This document shows, in pieces, positions 27,804 to 35,428 of a DNA stretch of 48,323 nt. This DNA comes from a virus. Its lineage: Duplodnaviria; Heunggongvirae; Uroviricota; Caudoviricetes. A program made the translations under genes and the position numbers. The first letter of the stretch is position 1; every line of letters begins with the position of its first letter. The stretch is taken from IMG/VR virus record IMGVR_UViG_3300031419_000007. The stretch is one strand, 5' to 3'. The notes under the pieces were generated by a model. That model ran no database searches, was not told the DNA's origin, and saw only the letters and a program-made list of their open reading frames with translations.

Positions 27804-28100
27804 CACGTTCCACGACAAAGCGTGATACCATGCGGGTTAGCGGAGAGTTGGGACGTGGGAACGGGATGTACGTGAAAACCTACATGCCCCTATAGCCCTG
27901 AGAGGGTGGGTGGTAACCCTGTATATATCTTTAAAAAAGCCTTAGTAAGTAGTTTATAGTATAGGGGAACAGTTACACTATAAAGGGTGTGTTAAGTGAC
28001 GTAACAGACGTATCAACGTACCAAATGCCCGCAAACCCTTGTCCCACAAGGCTTTCACGTGGTACGTCCTTGGAACATTGGACGTATCAAAGCCGTTCTG
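27804..28100. other. Non-coding divergent region, candidate replication origin or protein-binding array
   Basis: No credible ORF; AT-rich core near 27920-27995; clustered ACGT words, GACGTATCAA twice (28007, 28081); inverted repeat at 28033-28055. Confidence 0.35.
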
Positions 28101-28140
28101 GCTAAAATATCAATAGGATTAACCACGAGGAATCTCCCTA

Positions 28141-29067
28141 ATGTCACTGACAACTGAAGAAATTATTGGAGGGATGCACCGAGCACACCGTGCCGGACAG
28201 TCCTTCGCTGCACTGATGGCGAACCCCCTCTTTGCAAACCTCCCACTGGATCAGAAACAAAAAGTCCTCGGTGGTCTGCATGCTCACATTGCCGGAGAGT
28301 CACCATCGACGGCCGGTGCCATTGCGACCTTGCTGAAAGGCATGGCCGGTGGTGCAGCCTCGGCGATCCCGGTAGGCATTGCGATCCCACTGGGGATGGA
28401 ACTGGCTGAAGACGGAACCAAGCGCTCGGTCCTCGAAGCTTTGAAGATGGCGGCTGGCAACAAGAAAGTCAAAATGCTCGTCGGTACCGGTGCAGCAATC
28501 GGTGCAGCTGGTGGCTTAGCCCGCTCGGCCTTTAACCTGTATTCTGCCCGCCAGGATTCCAACAAGTTCAAAGCCGGCCTAGCGGAAGCAGCCGAAGGCG
28601 GAGAAGGTTTAGCCGGTGCCCTGTTCGGAGCAATCGGTGGGCGTTCAGCCCCAAGCACTATCTCCACAGCATCGATCGCCAAGGAACTCGGCAACGCCGC
28701 GGCACCTAACGTGATGGCCTCCGCCCGTCTGGGCCACTTGAACTCCCTGGTGACCGACGCAGACACGGATGGCTACAACGCGGTCTACCAGCGTGCCATG
28801 TCGAAAGCTCAACAAGGTTACCCGCTGTCTCCGTCTGGCTTGAATGCCGTAGCAGAACGCTTAACCGCTGTGCACCCTCGCTTCGCCGACATGCACAATC
28901 TGGTCTTAAACTCTCAGAGTGAACTGAACATTGATCCGAGTGTTGCAACCGACGTCGCTGACGACATTGCCTCAGGACAAAATCAGAACGCACAAAACGT
29001 AAATAACCTGAACGCACTGGCTGAGCTGGCGCTTCAACTACGAGACATTAAGAGAGGAAATACGTAA
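28141..29067 (+). CDS. Gly/Ala-rich hypothetical virion protein (possible ejection or inner-head protein)
   Basis: Glycine-zipper-like hydrophobic segments; CTAAAATA motif and SD GAGG upstream. Confidence 0.6.
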   Translation: MSLTTEEIIGGMHRAHRAGQSFAALMANPLFANLPLDQKQKVLGGLHAHIAGESPSTAGAIATLLKGMAGGAASAIPVGIAIPLGMELAEDGTKRSVLEALKMAAGNKKVKMLVGTGAAIGAAGGLARSAFNLYSARQDSNKFKAGLAEAAEGGEGLAGALFGAIGGRSAPSTISTASIAKELGNAAAPNVMASARLGHLNSLVTDADTDGYNAVYQRAMSKAQQGYPLSPSGLNAVAERLTAVHPRFADMHNLVLNSQSELNIDPSVATDVADDIASGQNQNAQNVNNLNALAELALQLRDIKRGNT

Positions 29068-29930
29068 TGTCACTTCATGCCCTTAAAAATGTCCTTGAGC
29101 TGGTTCCCGAGGCTTCTGGATTCATCAAACGTGCGTACGTGGAAGAAGACTTCCCTACCAAAGATCGGGATAGTACGGTAGCCTCCGCTCTGGAAATTAA
29201 CTTCCTGACCAAAGTTGCTGGTCAGACCGTCGATTTCGACGACATGGCCCGTGTCAACAAGGCCGTCCGCTTGTACGGTGTCGGTGACGAAGTCCGCCGC
29301 CTGTCTGGCCAGATGGAAAAGGCTGCCTCACAGCGTGCAGAAGATGCCCGTGGTGTGGAATACGAACTGCGTACCGCTGAAGCGATCATCGAGTCCAAGT
29401 GCTCGGGCTTCATGGATATCGAGAAGGTTGCGAGCCAGTCTGCAGCCCTGTATGATAACTACGCCGATGAGATCCAATCACAGACCGTCCGTCTGTACGC
29501 CGGTGCAGGTAAGCTCAACAAAGAAGCTGCCCTGATGGCATTGGAAGCTCGTGCAAAAGTTACGGGTAGTCCGGAGTTTGTGAAGCTGGCGGGTGTATTC
29601 CGCGGCACCAACCCTGATGCCCTTACCGTCGAAGAAAACCGTGCATTGGCAAACGCCGTGGTTCACTTTGAGAAGAAAGCTGGGTACCTCGGTGACTTCT
29701 ACAAAGACGCTTTCTGGATCACCAAGGAAGCCATGGACCGTTCGATCACCGTTAACCTGGGTGCCAAGAGCGTCCCTGCAGTTAAGCTGCAAGGATTGCC
29801 AAAGGCTCAAATCCAGCAGATGATCGGTGACGACATTGCGGAATTGCTGTCCGGCGATCTGATGACGATGAAGCGTGGTGTGGAAGCCCTCCCGCTGCCT
29901 GAAAAACAACTACTCGCGAGAATGTGCTAA
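29067..29930 (+). CDS. Putative internal head protein with about 8 KxA motifs
   Basis: FIKRAY, LTKVAG, MEKAAS, IEKVAS, LNKEAA, FVKLAG, FEKKAG, ITKEAM. Confidence 0.65.
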   Translation: MSLHALKNVLELVPEASGFIKRAYVEEDFPTKDRDSTVASALEINFLTKVAGQTVDFDDMARVNKAVRLYGVGDEVRRLSGQMEKAASQRAEDARGVEYELRTAEAIIESKCSGFMDIEKVASQSAALYDNYADEIQSQTVRLYAGAGKLNKEAALMALEARAKVTGSPEFVKLAGVFRGTNPDALTVEENRALANAVVHFEKKAGYLGDFYKDAFWITKEAMDRSITVNLGAKSVPAVKLQGLPKAQIQQMIGDDIAELLSGDLMTMKRGVEALPLPEKQLLARMC

Positions 29931-30413
29931 ATGCTGAGCAAACTGAAAGCAACCCTGGATAAACGTTATGGCGCCGAGTGGCCACACCTGGAGCTGGAAA
30001 CCATCTCTCTGGACCTTGGTGTTGTACTGACGCCGGTGATGCTTTCACAGCTCACCATTCTGCGTGCGGTGGGTGACCATCCGCACATGTTTGAAAACGA
30101 CGCGTCTTACTTCCTGCGTTTCGTAGAAGCGGCTAACGCCCACGTGGTCGACCCGACGGTGGCTTACATGCCAAACGTGCTGGAGCTCGCGTGGGGTTTG
30201 ATCGAGCTAAAAAGAATCCTGCCAGGCCTGGAGTATTCGAACGCCATTCAGACCATCTGCCACTACATCCTGCAGGACGAAGGCTTCGGGTTTGCCCCGC
30301 CGCCGTTTGACTTCATCACCGCTCCTTTTGAAAACCAATGGGAAAGCGATGAGCAGAAAGCCGACCGGGCCAAGGCTATCCGCCTGTACGCCTTAGCGAT
30401 GGAGAGAATGTAA
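29931..30413 (+). CDS. Hypothetical protein (160 aa)
   Basis: Abuts both neighbouring genes. Confidence 0.75.
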   Translation: MLSKLKATLDKRYGAEWPHLELETISLDLGVVLTPVMLSQLTILRAVGDHPHMFENDASYFLRFVEAANAHVVDPTVAYMPNVLELAWGLIELKRILPGLEYSNAIQTICHYILQDEGFGFAPPPFDFITAPFENQWESDEQKADRAKAIRLYALAMERM

Positions 30414-30646
30414 TGCCAACTCTTGATGATGTAATGGCCAAACTGGAAGATATCCATTCCGATGTAAAAAAGGGTCTGGACTTCCTGTCCGAACTGCAAG
30501 GAGCCGCAATGGGTTCCTGGCAGTGGGACAAGAAAGCCGGCATTCTCCGCATGTACAATACTGAAGGGACAGAAATCGGGATCTTCTCCGTTTCTGACTC
30601 GCCAGATAAAGCCATGCGGGAACGCCGTACAGACCTGGAATCTTAA
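30413..30646 (+). CDS. Hypothetical protein (77 aa)
   Basis: TAATG coupling with the upstream gene; its stop overlaps the convergent E1 stop (TTAA). Confidence 0.7.
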   Translation: MPTLDDVMAKLEDIHSDVKKGLDFLSELQGAAMGSWQWDKKAGILRMYNTEGTEIGIFSVSDSPDKAMRERRTDLES

Positions 30647-31686
30647 CGGATACCCAGGATAGTAGCCATCTGCGGGGAAACTCTTTCGAGCGTACCCGCT
30701 TCAAGCATATCATTTACCGATTTCACAATCGGATCCCAGAACTCTTCCTCAGACGAATTGTAGGCCGAATTCATCGTACGCGTTGATACGGGATACGCAC
30801 GGACATCTTCATCCGGTTCCAAACGATGGCGGTTACCGGTCAGCACGCCTTCAATCCAGTCACGATCCAGACGCGTCTGGTCGTTCCCGTTATGAATATC
30901 GTAGAACCAGGTTTCCACTTTGATCGGCATCATCATGTAAATGTTCTGAAAGACAGAGAACATCGACATCGCCATGACCGCATTCACTGCTGCCGTTTGT
31001 TCCAGGTCCGCACAGGAAGCATCTGGGTCACCCTGGTAGCCAGAGGAACGCAGGTACTCCGCCATCGGACACGGAATGTAAGGCAGAGGGATGTCGGCAT
31101 TGGCCGCTTTCTGCACCAGACGGTTGAGGATATCCAGATCCGCATCGGTATCCCGACGGGACAGCACACGGGACGAATACACACGGGTTTGACCGAAGGT
31201 GTTCTCGTTACCGGCATCCACGATCAGATGCTCAATACCCGAACGCAGCGTCGACATCAGGATCGATTGGATGATCTCAAAGCGAGCCTTCATGTTATCA
31301 ACACACAGGAAAATGGTTGATGGACGGTCGGTTACCAGACGCTGGAAGTTTTGGGGAACGTGGTTGGAAAGCCAATGGGACCAGTTATCCGAATCCCGGA
31401 AGTAGTGCGGGATGCACACAATCGGGAGTTCGAATGCTGCACCGTAACGTTCAGCCAGACATTCAGCCTTGTTACGGCCCACGTCGTCCACGATGAAGTT
31501 CTGACGGGTGAGGTTTTTGACTTCCACCTCGTCGCCGTCGATGAGAGTCATGGTGGGGACCAGATCGTTCCACTGACCGCGGGACATAATCTGGCCGAGC
31601 ATTGGCAGTAGGCGGCCACCGGTGCCGCCACAGCCTACCACCACCACATTATTCATAATCTGACGGTTTTTGTAGGAAAACATCAT
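30643..31686 (-). CDS. ThiF/MoeB-family E1-like Ubl-activating enzyme (PRTRC ThiF-like)
   Basis: VVVGCGGTGG nucleotide-binding loop; IDGDEVEVKNLTRQNF; VGRNKAECLA; CVDNMKAR; DAGN; candidate catalytic Cys in ASCADL followed by QTAAVN. Confidence 0.92.
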   Translation of the reverse strand: MMFSYKNRQIMNNVVVVGCGGTGGRLLPMLGQIMSRGQWNDLVPTMTLIDGDEVEVKNLTRQNFIVDDVGRNKAECLAERYGAAFELPIVCIPHYFRDSDNWSHWLSNHVPQNFQRLVTDRPSTIFLCVDNMKARFEIIQSILMSTLRSGIEHLIVDAGNENTFGQTRVYSSRVLSRRDTDADLDILNRLVQKAANADIPLPYIPCPMAEYLRSSGYQGDPDASCADLEQTAAVNAVMAMSMFSVFQNIYMMMPIKVETWFYDIHNGNDQTRLDRDWIEGVLTGNRHRLEPDEDVRAYPVSTRTMNSAYNSSEEEFWDPIVKSVNDMLEAGTLERVSPQMATILGIR

Positions 31687-32891
31687 GCACTCCGAATGTC
31701 GTAATCTTTGTTTAAACGCTCGATAACCTTACGAGCTTCGCTTGCCGTGGTGACCACGAAGACGCCTTCCTGGAACAGGACTTCGTTATCGACGACGCTT
31801 TCAGCCAGGCGTTTTGCAACGGCAGCATTCAGTTCGTCATCTTCTTCGTTGTACACCTGGGCCACCAGCTCGTCGGCGGTCTCATCCCAGGACATGTCCG
31901 GGTCAATACCGAGGCTCAGTAAGTTGCTTCCACGGAAGTCCGGATCCAGAAAGTCTAGCGCTTGAGATCGCGCGGCCCCCGTGTCCGACGGGTGCTCTTC
32001 CGCGTCCTGTCCCTGAAATCGGGCATTCCAATCGGCGATACCCTCCTCCGCTTCTTCTTCAAACTGGCTTAACCTTCTTGAGCCAGCGCCGGCAAGTGAT
32101 CCACCACCGAACACTTTCGAGCCATTGCCTGTCGGGCTCCGGTAGTTGTAAGCTGGAATTGCTGGAGCCGTGTAGCGTTGAATCTCCACGTTTCCCATCC
32201 AGCCTTCCACTTCCGGGGATACCGACTTTTCCGGCGTTGCGAAGAAGTCCTCCAGATTCAGGTTCGGCACCTTGTCTTTGTACGCGTTGAAACGCCAGAT
32301 GACTTTCGGAGAGTTGGTATCCAGCTTTCCAGCGACACCGGAGATCCCGGCGTAGGTCTTGTCGTCATTCTCATCAGTGCCGGAGAAGAAGGCATCCATG
32401 GAGTTGTGCGAGTGGATGTCGAGGATAACCTCTTCGTCCGCCGCCACGTGCGACCAGTCGTACGCCACACGGGCCTTCGACACTTTCTGCGTTGGGATGG
32501 CCACGCGGTAAGATTCGGTGGTTTTGTTCCAGACGATGTGAGCCATGGCTTCATAATCACCGTGGCCGGTACCGTTTGGTGGAACCATCGCCATCACTTT
32601 CTTAAAGAACCCCAGGATATCCGTCAGCATCTGCACCGGAATCTTCTGGTTGTTCACCAGCGGGTTCAGGTAAGGCTTCAGCTTGGACGCACCCAGTTTG
32701 ATAGGCAGCTCACCGACTTTGACCAGTGAAGAACGACCGAGGGAGAATTCATTGTAGCGGTACACTACGCCATCTTTAGCCAGGATGTGAACAATCGGAT
32801 CTTGCAGGAAGTTGCCGCCTTCAAAGTAGGCATCTTCACTGACCAGGCAGTTCATGAAAGGGACCAGCTGCATTACGCCATTAGTGCTCAT
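31683..32891 (-). CDS. JAB/MPN metalloprotease (PRTRC protein A-like) with an acidic C-terminal extension
   Basis: Upstream Glu in YEAMAHIVWN, then DIHSHNSMDAFFSGTDENDD (HxH-x7-S-x2-D JAMM motif). Confidence 0.9.
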   Translation of the reverse strand: MSTNGVMQLVPFMNCLVSEDAYFEGGNFLQDPIVHILAKDGVVYRYNEFSLGRSSLVKVGELPIKLGASKLKPYLNPLVNNQKIPVQMLTDILGFFKKVMAMVPPNGTGHGDYEAMAHIVWNKTTESYRVAIPTQKVSKARVAYDWSHVAADEEVILDIHSHNSMDAFFSGTDENDDKTYAGISGVAGKLDTNSPKVIWRFNAYKDKVPNLNLEDFFATPEKSVSPEVEGWMGNVEIQRYTAPAIPAYNYRSPTGNGSKVFGGGSLAGAGSRRLSQFEEEAEEGIADWNARFQGQDAEEHPSDTGAARSQALDFLDPDFRGSNLLSLGIDPDMSWDETADELVAQVYNEEDDELNAAVAKRLAESVVDNEVLFQEGVFVVTTASEARKVIERLNKDYDIRSA

Positions 32892-33670
32892 TCGTTATCT
32901 TCCTCTTCATCATCGTTATCGTTGTCATCTTCGTCCAGTTCATCTGGGCTCTCGGTGACGGCAGTTGGGTAACCTGGCAGAATCCCGAACGGGAACGCCT
33001 CTTTGTCTTTCAGGTAGCTGAACAGCTGGCTTGGAGACCAGCCGTCACGGGTGCGGGTGCCCAGGTCGTCGTTGAACGGCGAGGCCAGCAGCACGTGGTG
33101 ATACACTTCGTTCAGACCACGAAGATCGGTGTCATACAGCGTGCGATAGGAGTTCGCACCGACGCACATGTTGCCGTCACCATACTGGTTCGGGAAGGGC
33201 AGTGCCCACAGACGGTTACGGTGGTTCTGAGCATTGGTCCCCCAATCGTCCAGACTTGGCACCTCATCCTCTTTGTAATCCGTGCAGAACCACTTCACCT
33301 GCTCCAGGGTCCAGCGGTTGTTGTTACTGTTGTGGTTGAGCTTGCAGAAGATCACCGTCGGCGGCACCGGGCAGCGATACGTACCTTTGCCCCCACGGGA
33401 ACGGTTCGGTGCGTACTGCAGGTCGGCGATACGCTCTGGGAAATACAGCAGCAGCTGCAGTTCCGTACGGGAGCTCTTCATGGCCACGGTTTCGCTCGGC
33501 AGACGGAACGAACGCGTAGGTTCACGTTCCTGAGCCGCTTCCCCGGAGACAACCCGATCAAGCTCAGCCTTGAAGTCACCCATCGAGATATTTTTGAAGG
33601 CACCCTGGCCGTTCGGGACGCGAACGTGGTTTTCATACAGGGTGATCTGGATTCCTGAATTGTTACTCAT
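32888..33670 (-). CDS. Prokaryotic E2-like conjugating enzyme, family D (PRTRC protein B-like)
   Basis: PVPPTVIF...LWALPFPNQYGDGNMCVG (candidate catalytic Cys)...LASPFNDDL; acidic tail; adjacent to JAB and E1. Confidence 0.82.
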   Translation of the reverse strand: MSNNSGIQITLYENHVRVPNGQGAFKNISMGDFKAELDRVVSGEAAQEREPTRSFRLPSETVAMKSSRTELQLLLYFPERIADLQYAPNRSRGGKGTYRCPVPPTVIFCKLNHNSNNNRWTLEQVKWFCTDYKEDEVPSLDDWGTNAQNHRNRLWALPFPNQYGDGNMCVGANSYRTLYDTDLRGLNEVYHHVLLASPFNDDLGTRTRDGWSPSQLFSYLKDKEAFPFGILPGYPTAVTESPDELDEDDNDNDDEEEDNE

Positions 33671-33912
33671 ACGTAGTTGATCCTCGTACGAATTGCGGTG
33701 TATGGCCCAAAGTTGAACTCCATTGGGTTACGGCGGCGGCCGCTGTCCGGTGGGTTACGGGTCGTACGGAAAGTGATGTTACGCAACATCATCATGCGTT
33801 GAAGCGGGGTGGTTTCCGGATTCAGCAATTGACGCTGCAGTTCTGCCATGACGACGGGACCGCTAGCTACGATCTCGCGGGCGTTCTGGAGCCCTTGTAA
33901 TAGATCTTGCAT
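33667..33912 (-). CDS. Hypothetical protein (81 aa) in the Ubl cassette
   Basis: SD AGGAG that can pair with the downstream CTCC; ATGA overlap with the E2 gene. Confidence 0.6.
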   Translation of the reverse strand: MQDLLQGLQNAREIVASGPVVMAELQRQLLNPETTPLQRMMMLRNITFRTTRNPPDSGRRRNPMEFNFGPYTAIRTRINYV

Positions 33913-34868
33913 ACGGAGAATGCTCCTAACTGTTTGAGAACATGAACGAAAGTGTCGAGATACTCGGTGACCACCGGTGTGTAGTTCATACTCTGAGCCT
34001 CTCTTGCACGCTGGTTCGGTTGAACCTCAGTCTCTACTCGAGTTAAGGGACTGAAAGCGTCATAGACGAAAGCTAAGGATACGACCAGAGCACGGTAGCG
34101 TGTTCCGCGGTGTTGGCGAATAACCCGGTCATCCGAAACGGACCACGTCGGTTTAGTTGCCGCAGCAATCTCTTCCAAGTGATCAAACGTTTTCGGACAA
34201 TAGACCAGACGGACACCATGACGAATGGCCATGCTGTCAATATAACGAAGGTAACGGCGGACCAATGGCGTGTCTTCTAAGTACACGCTGTAGGTTCTGA
34301 CGCGGTCGGCCGGGTGTGCAGTAGACAGAAGCGTGTGATACGTTCCGGTCTCTGCTTCGGTGTAGACCAACTCGTCATCCTGGAAGTGGTTATAGTCGGC
34401 GGAAGCGATGGTATTATCGTTCCCGTTGATATGCAGTAGCGTGCGGATCGGATGTTTGATATCCTTGTGCACGAACTGCATCATCAACTCGAGCATGCCG
34501 TTAACGCTTTCACCGCCACGACGAGAGAATGCGGCCACGACAGAACGATTATCGTGCTGGACGTACGGAACCATTTTCTCTTTGAAGAGGGCCGAGTTCA
34601 ACTGATCGGCAGCCGTGTTCAGGTAAGAGAACCAGTGGCCGAGAGTGTTCAGGTTGGAAGCCGTTTCTGCTCCCGAGATAGCCCCGAACGCGTCGTCGAC
34701 GTCGGACTGCGGGTGTACGGTGCCGCTGGGATTGACTCGCGTGCCCAGGCCCACCTGGCCCAGAGACTCGAGGACCTGTGCAGCTCGATGGTCTTCGGGA
34801 TCCATAGGTTGGATGGCCATGTTACGGAATATCGTGCCGGCGGCGGAGGTGAAGAGTAAGTGGGACAT
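33867..34868 (-). CDS. Hypothetical protein (333 aa) in the Ubl cassette, between Ubl and E2
   Basis: Strong SD GGAGG; no motif recognised. Confidence 0.75.
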   Translation of the reverse strand: MSHLLFTSAAGTIFRNMAIQPMDPEDHRAAQVLESLGQVGLGTRVNPSGTVHPQSDVDDAFGAISGAETASNLNTLGHWFSYLNTAADQLNSALFKEKMVPYVQHDNRSVVAAFSRRGGESVNGMLELMMQFVHKDIKHPIRTLLHINGNDNTIASADYNHFQDDELVYTEAETGTYHTLLSTAHPADRVRTYSVYLEDTPLVRRYLRYIDSMAIRHGVRLVYCPKTFDHLEEIAAATKPTWSVSDDRVIRQHRGTRYRALVVSLAFVYDAFSPLTRVETEVQPNQRAREAQSMNYTPVVTEYLDTFVHVLKQLGAFSVCKIYYKGSRTPARS

Positions 34869-34884
34869 AAATCCTCCAGTAACT

Positions 34885-34913
34885 AAAAAAAGAAAAGGAG
34901 CCCGAAGGCTCCT
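34885..34913 (-). terminator. Intrinsic terminator directly after the Ubl gene
   Basis: Minus strand aggagcc-ttcg-ggctcct-tttcttttttt. Confidence 0.85.
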
Positions 34914-34935
34914 CTTTTTAGACTAAGCCTTTGGC

Positions 34936-35319
34936 TTAGCCTTTAGTACCGGTACGGCGGGTAAAGTAGATGTGACGTACGCCGTCAACTTCTTCTTCAC
35001 GAGCGTCCATAGAAGCGGTCTGGAAAGCTGAGTCGAACTGACGCGCTGCGTCTTCTTTGCTCAGGTCCATACCGTCCAGAGTACGCGGATCGCGGCCCGG
35101 GATGTGAACTACAGTGGAGTTCGCGCCTTTGGTGCCGGTGCGGCGGGTAAAGTAAATGTTGCGAACGTTACCGACCACTTCTTCGCGAGCATCCATAGAT
35201 GCAGTCTGGAATGCTGAGTCGAACTGACGTGCTGCGTCATCTTTGCTGATATCCATACCGTCGAGGGTACGAGCGTCACGGCCAGGAATGTGAACAACGG
35301 TAGAAGTGATAGTCGACAT
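34936..35319 (-). CDS. Tandem di-ubiquitin-like protein (two PRTRC protein C/Prok_Ub-like units, each ending RRTGTKG)
   Basis: SD AAGGA before ATG 35319; 65 + 62 aa units; C-terminal GTKG as in PRTRC protein C; first gene of the E2-JAB-E1 operon. Confidence 0.85.
   Translation of the reverse strand: MSTITSTVVHIPGRDARTLDGMDISKDDAARQFDSAFQTASMDAREEVVGNVRNIYFTRRTGTKGANSTVVHIPGRDPRTLDGMDLSKEDAARQFDSAFQTASMDAREEEVDGVRHIYFTRRTGTKG
34939..35304 (-). repeat. Intragenic tandem duplication (186-bp period)
   Basis: The two 60-aa cores are identical at 53 of 60 positions, with many synonymous DNA differences. Confidence 0.95.
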
Positions 35320-35380
35320 CGGGTGTTTCCTTGTAGTTAAAAGTTTAGTTTTTACGGTGGTAGTATTCTTCACCACAGTT

Positions 35381-35409
35381 ATTATACCAACGTATTCTAA
35401 AATATTGAA
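35381..35409 (-). promoter_or_regulatory. Candidate promoter of the Ubl operon, TTCAAT-N17-TATAAT with extended -10 TG
   Basis: Minus strand TTCAATATTTtagaatacgtTGgTATAAT; matches the element at 27775-27803. Confidence 0.7.
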
Positions 35410-35428
35410 TACCTAATCGGAGAAATTT

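Noticed and set aside
30643-31686. ThiF as a thiamine or molybdopterin biosynthesis gene
   Set aside because: No ThiG, MoaE, rhodanese or sulfurtransferase nearby; the E2, JAB and GTKG-ending Ubl context points to conjugation
35122-35130. The Ubl junction K-G-A fits the KxA head-protease motif
   Set aside because: It lacks the hydrophobic residue two before Lys, and cleavage after Ala would not expose the Gly; probably coincidence
30643-35319. Cassette as CBASS or a Bil defence island
   Set aside because: No CD-NTase or effector; E1 and E2 are separate; motifs and order resemble PRTRC rather than Cap2/Cap3, and I cannot support a Bil assignment from sequence
35320-35376. N-terminal extension of the Ubl in the ORF track (146 aa)
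   Set aside because: That start lies only a few nt from the -10 box with no SD; ATG 35319 has AAGGA at good spacing
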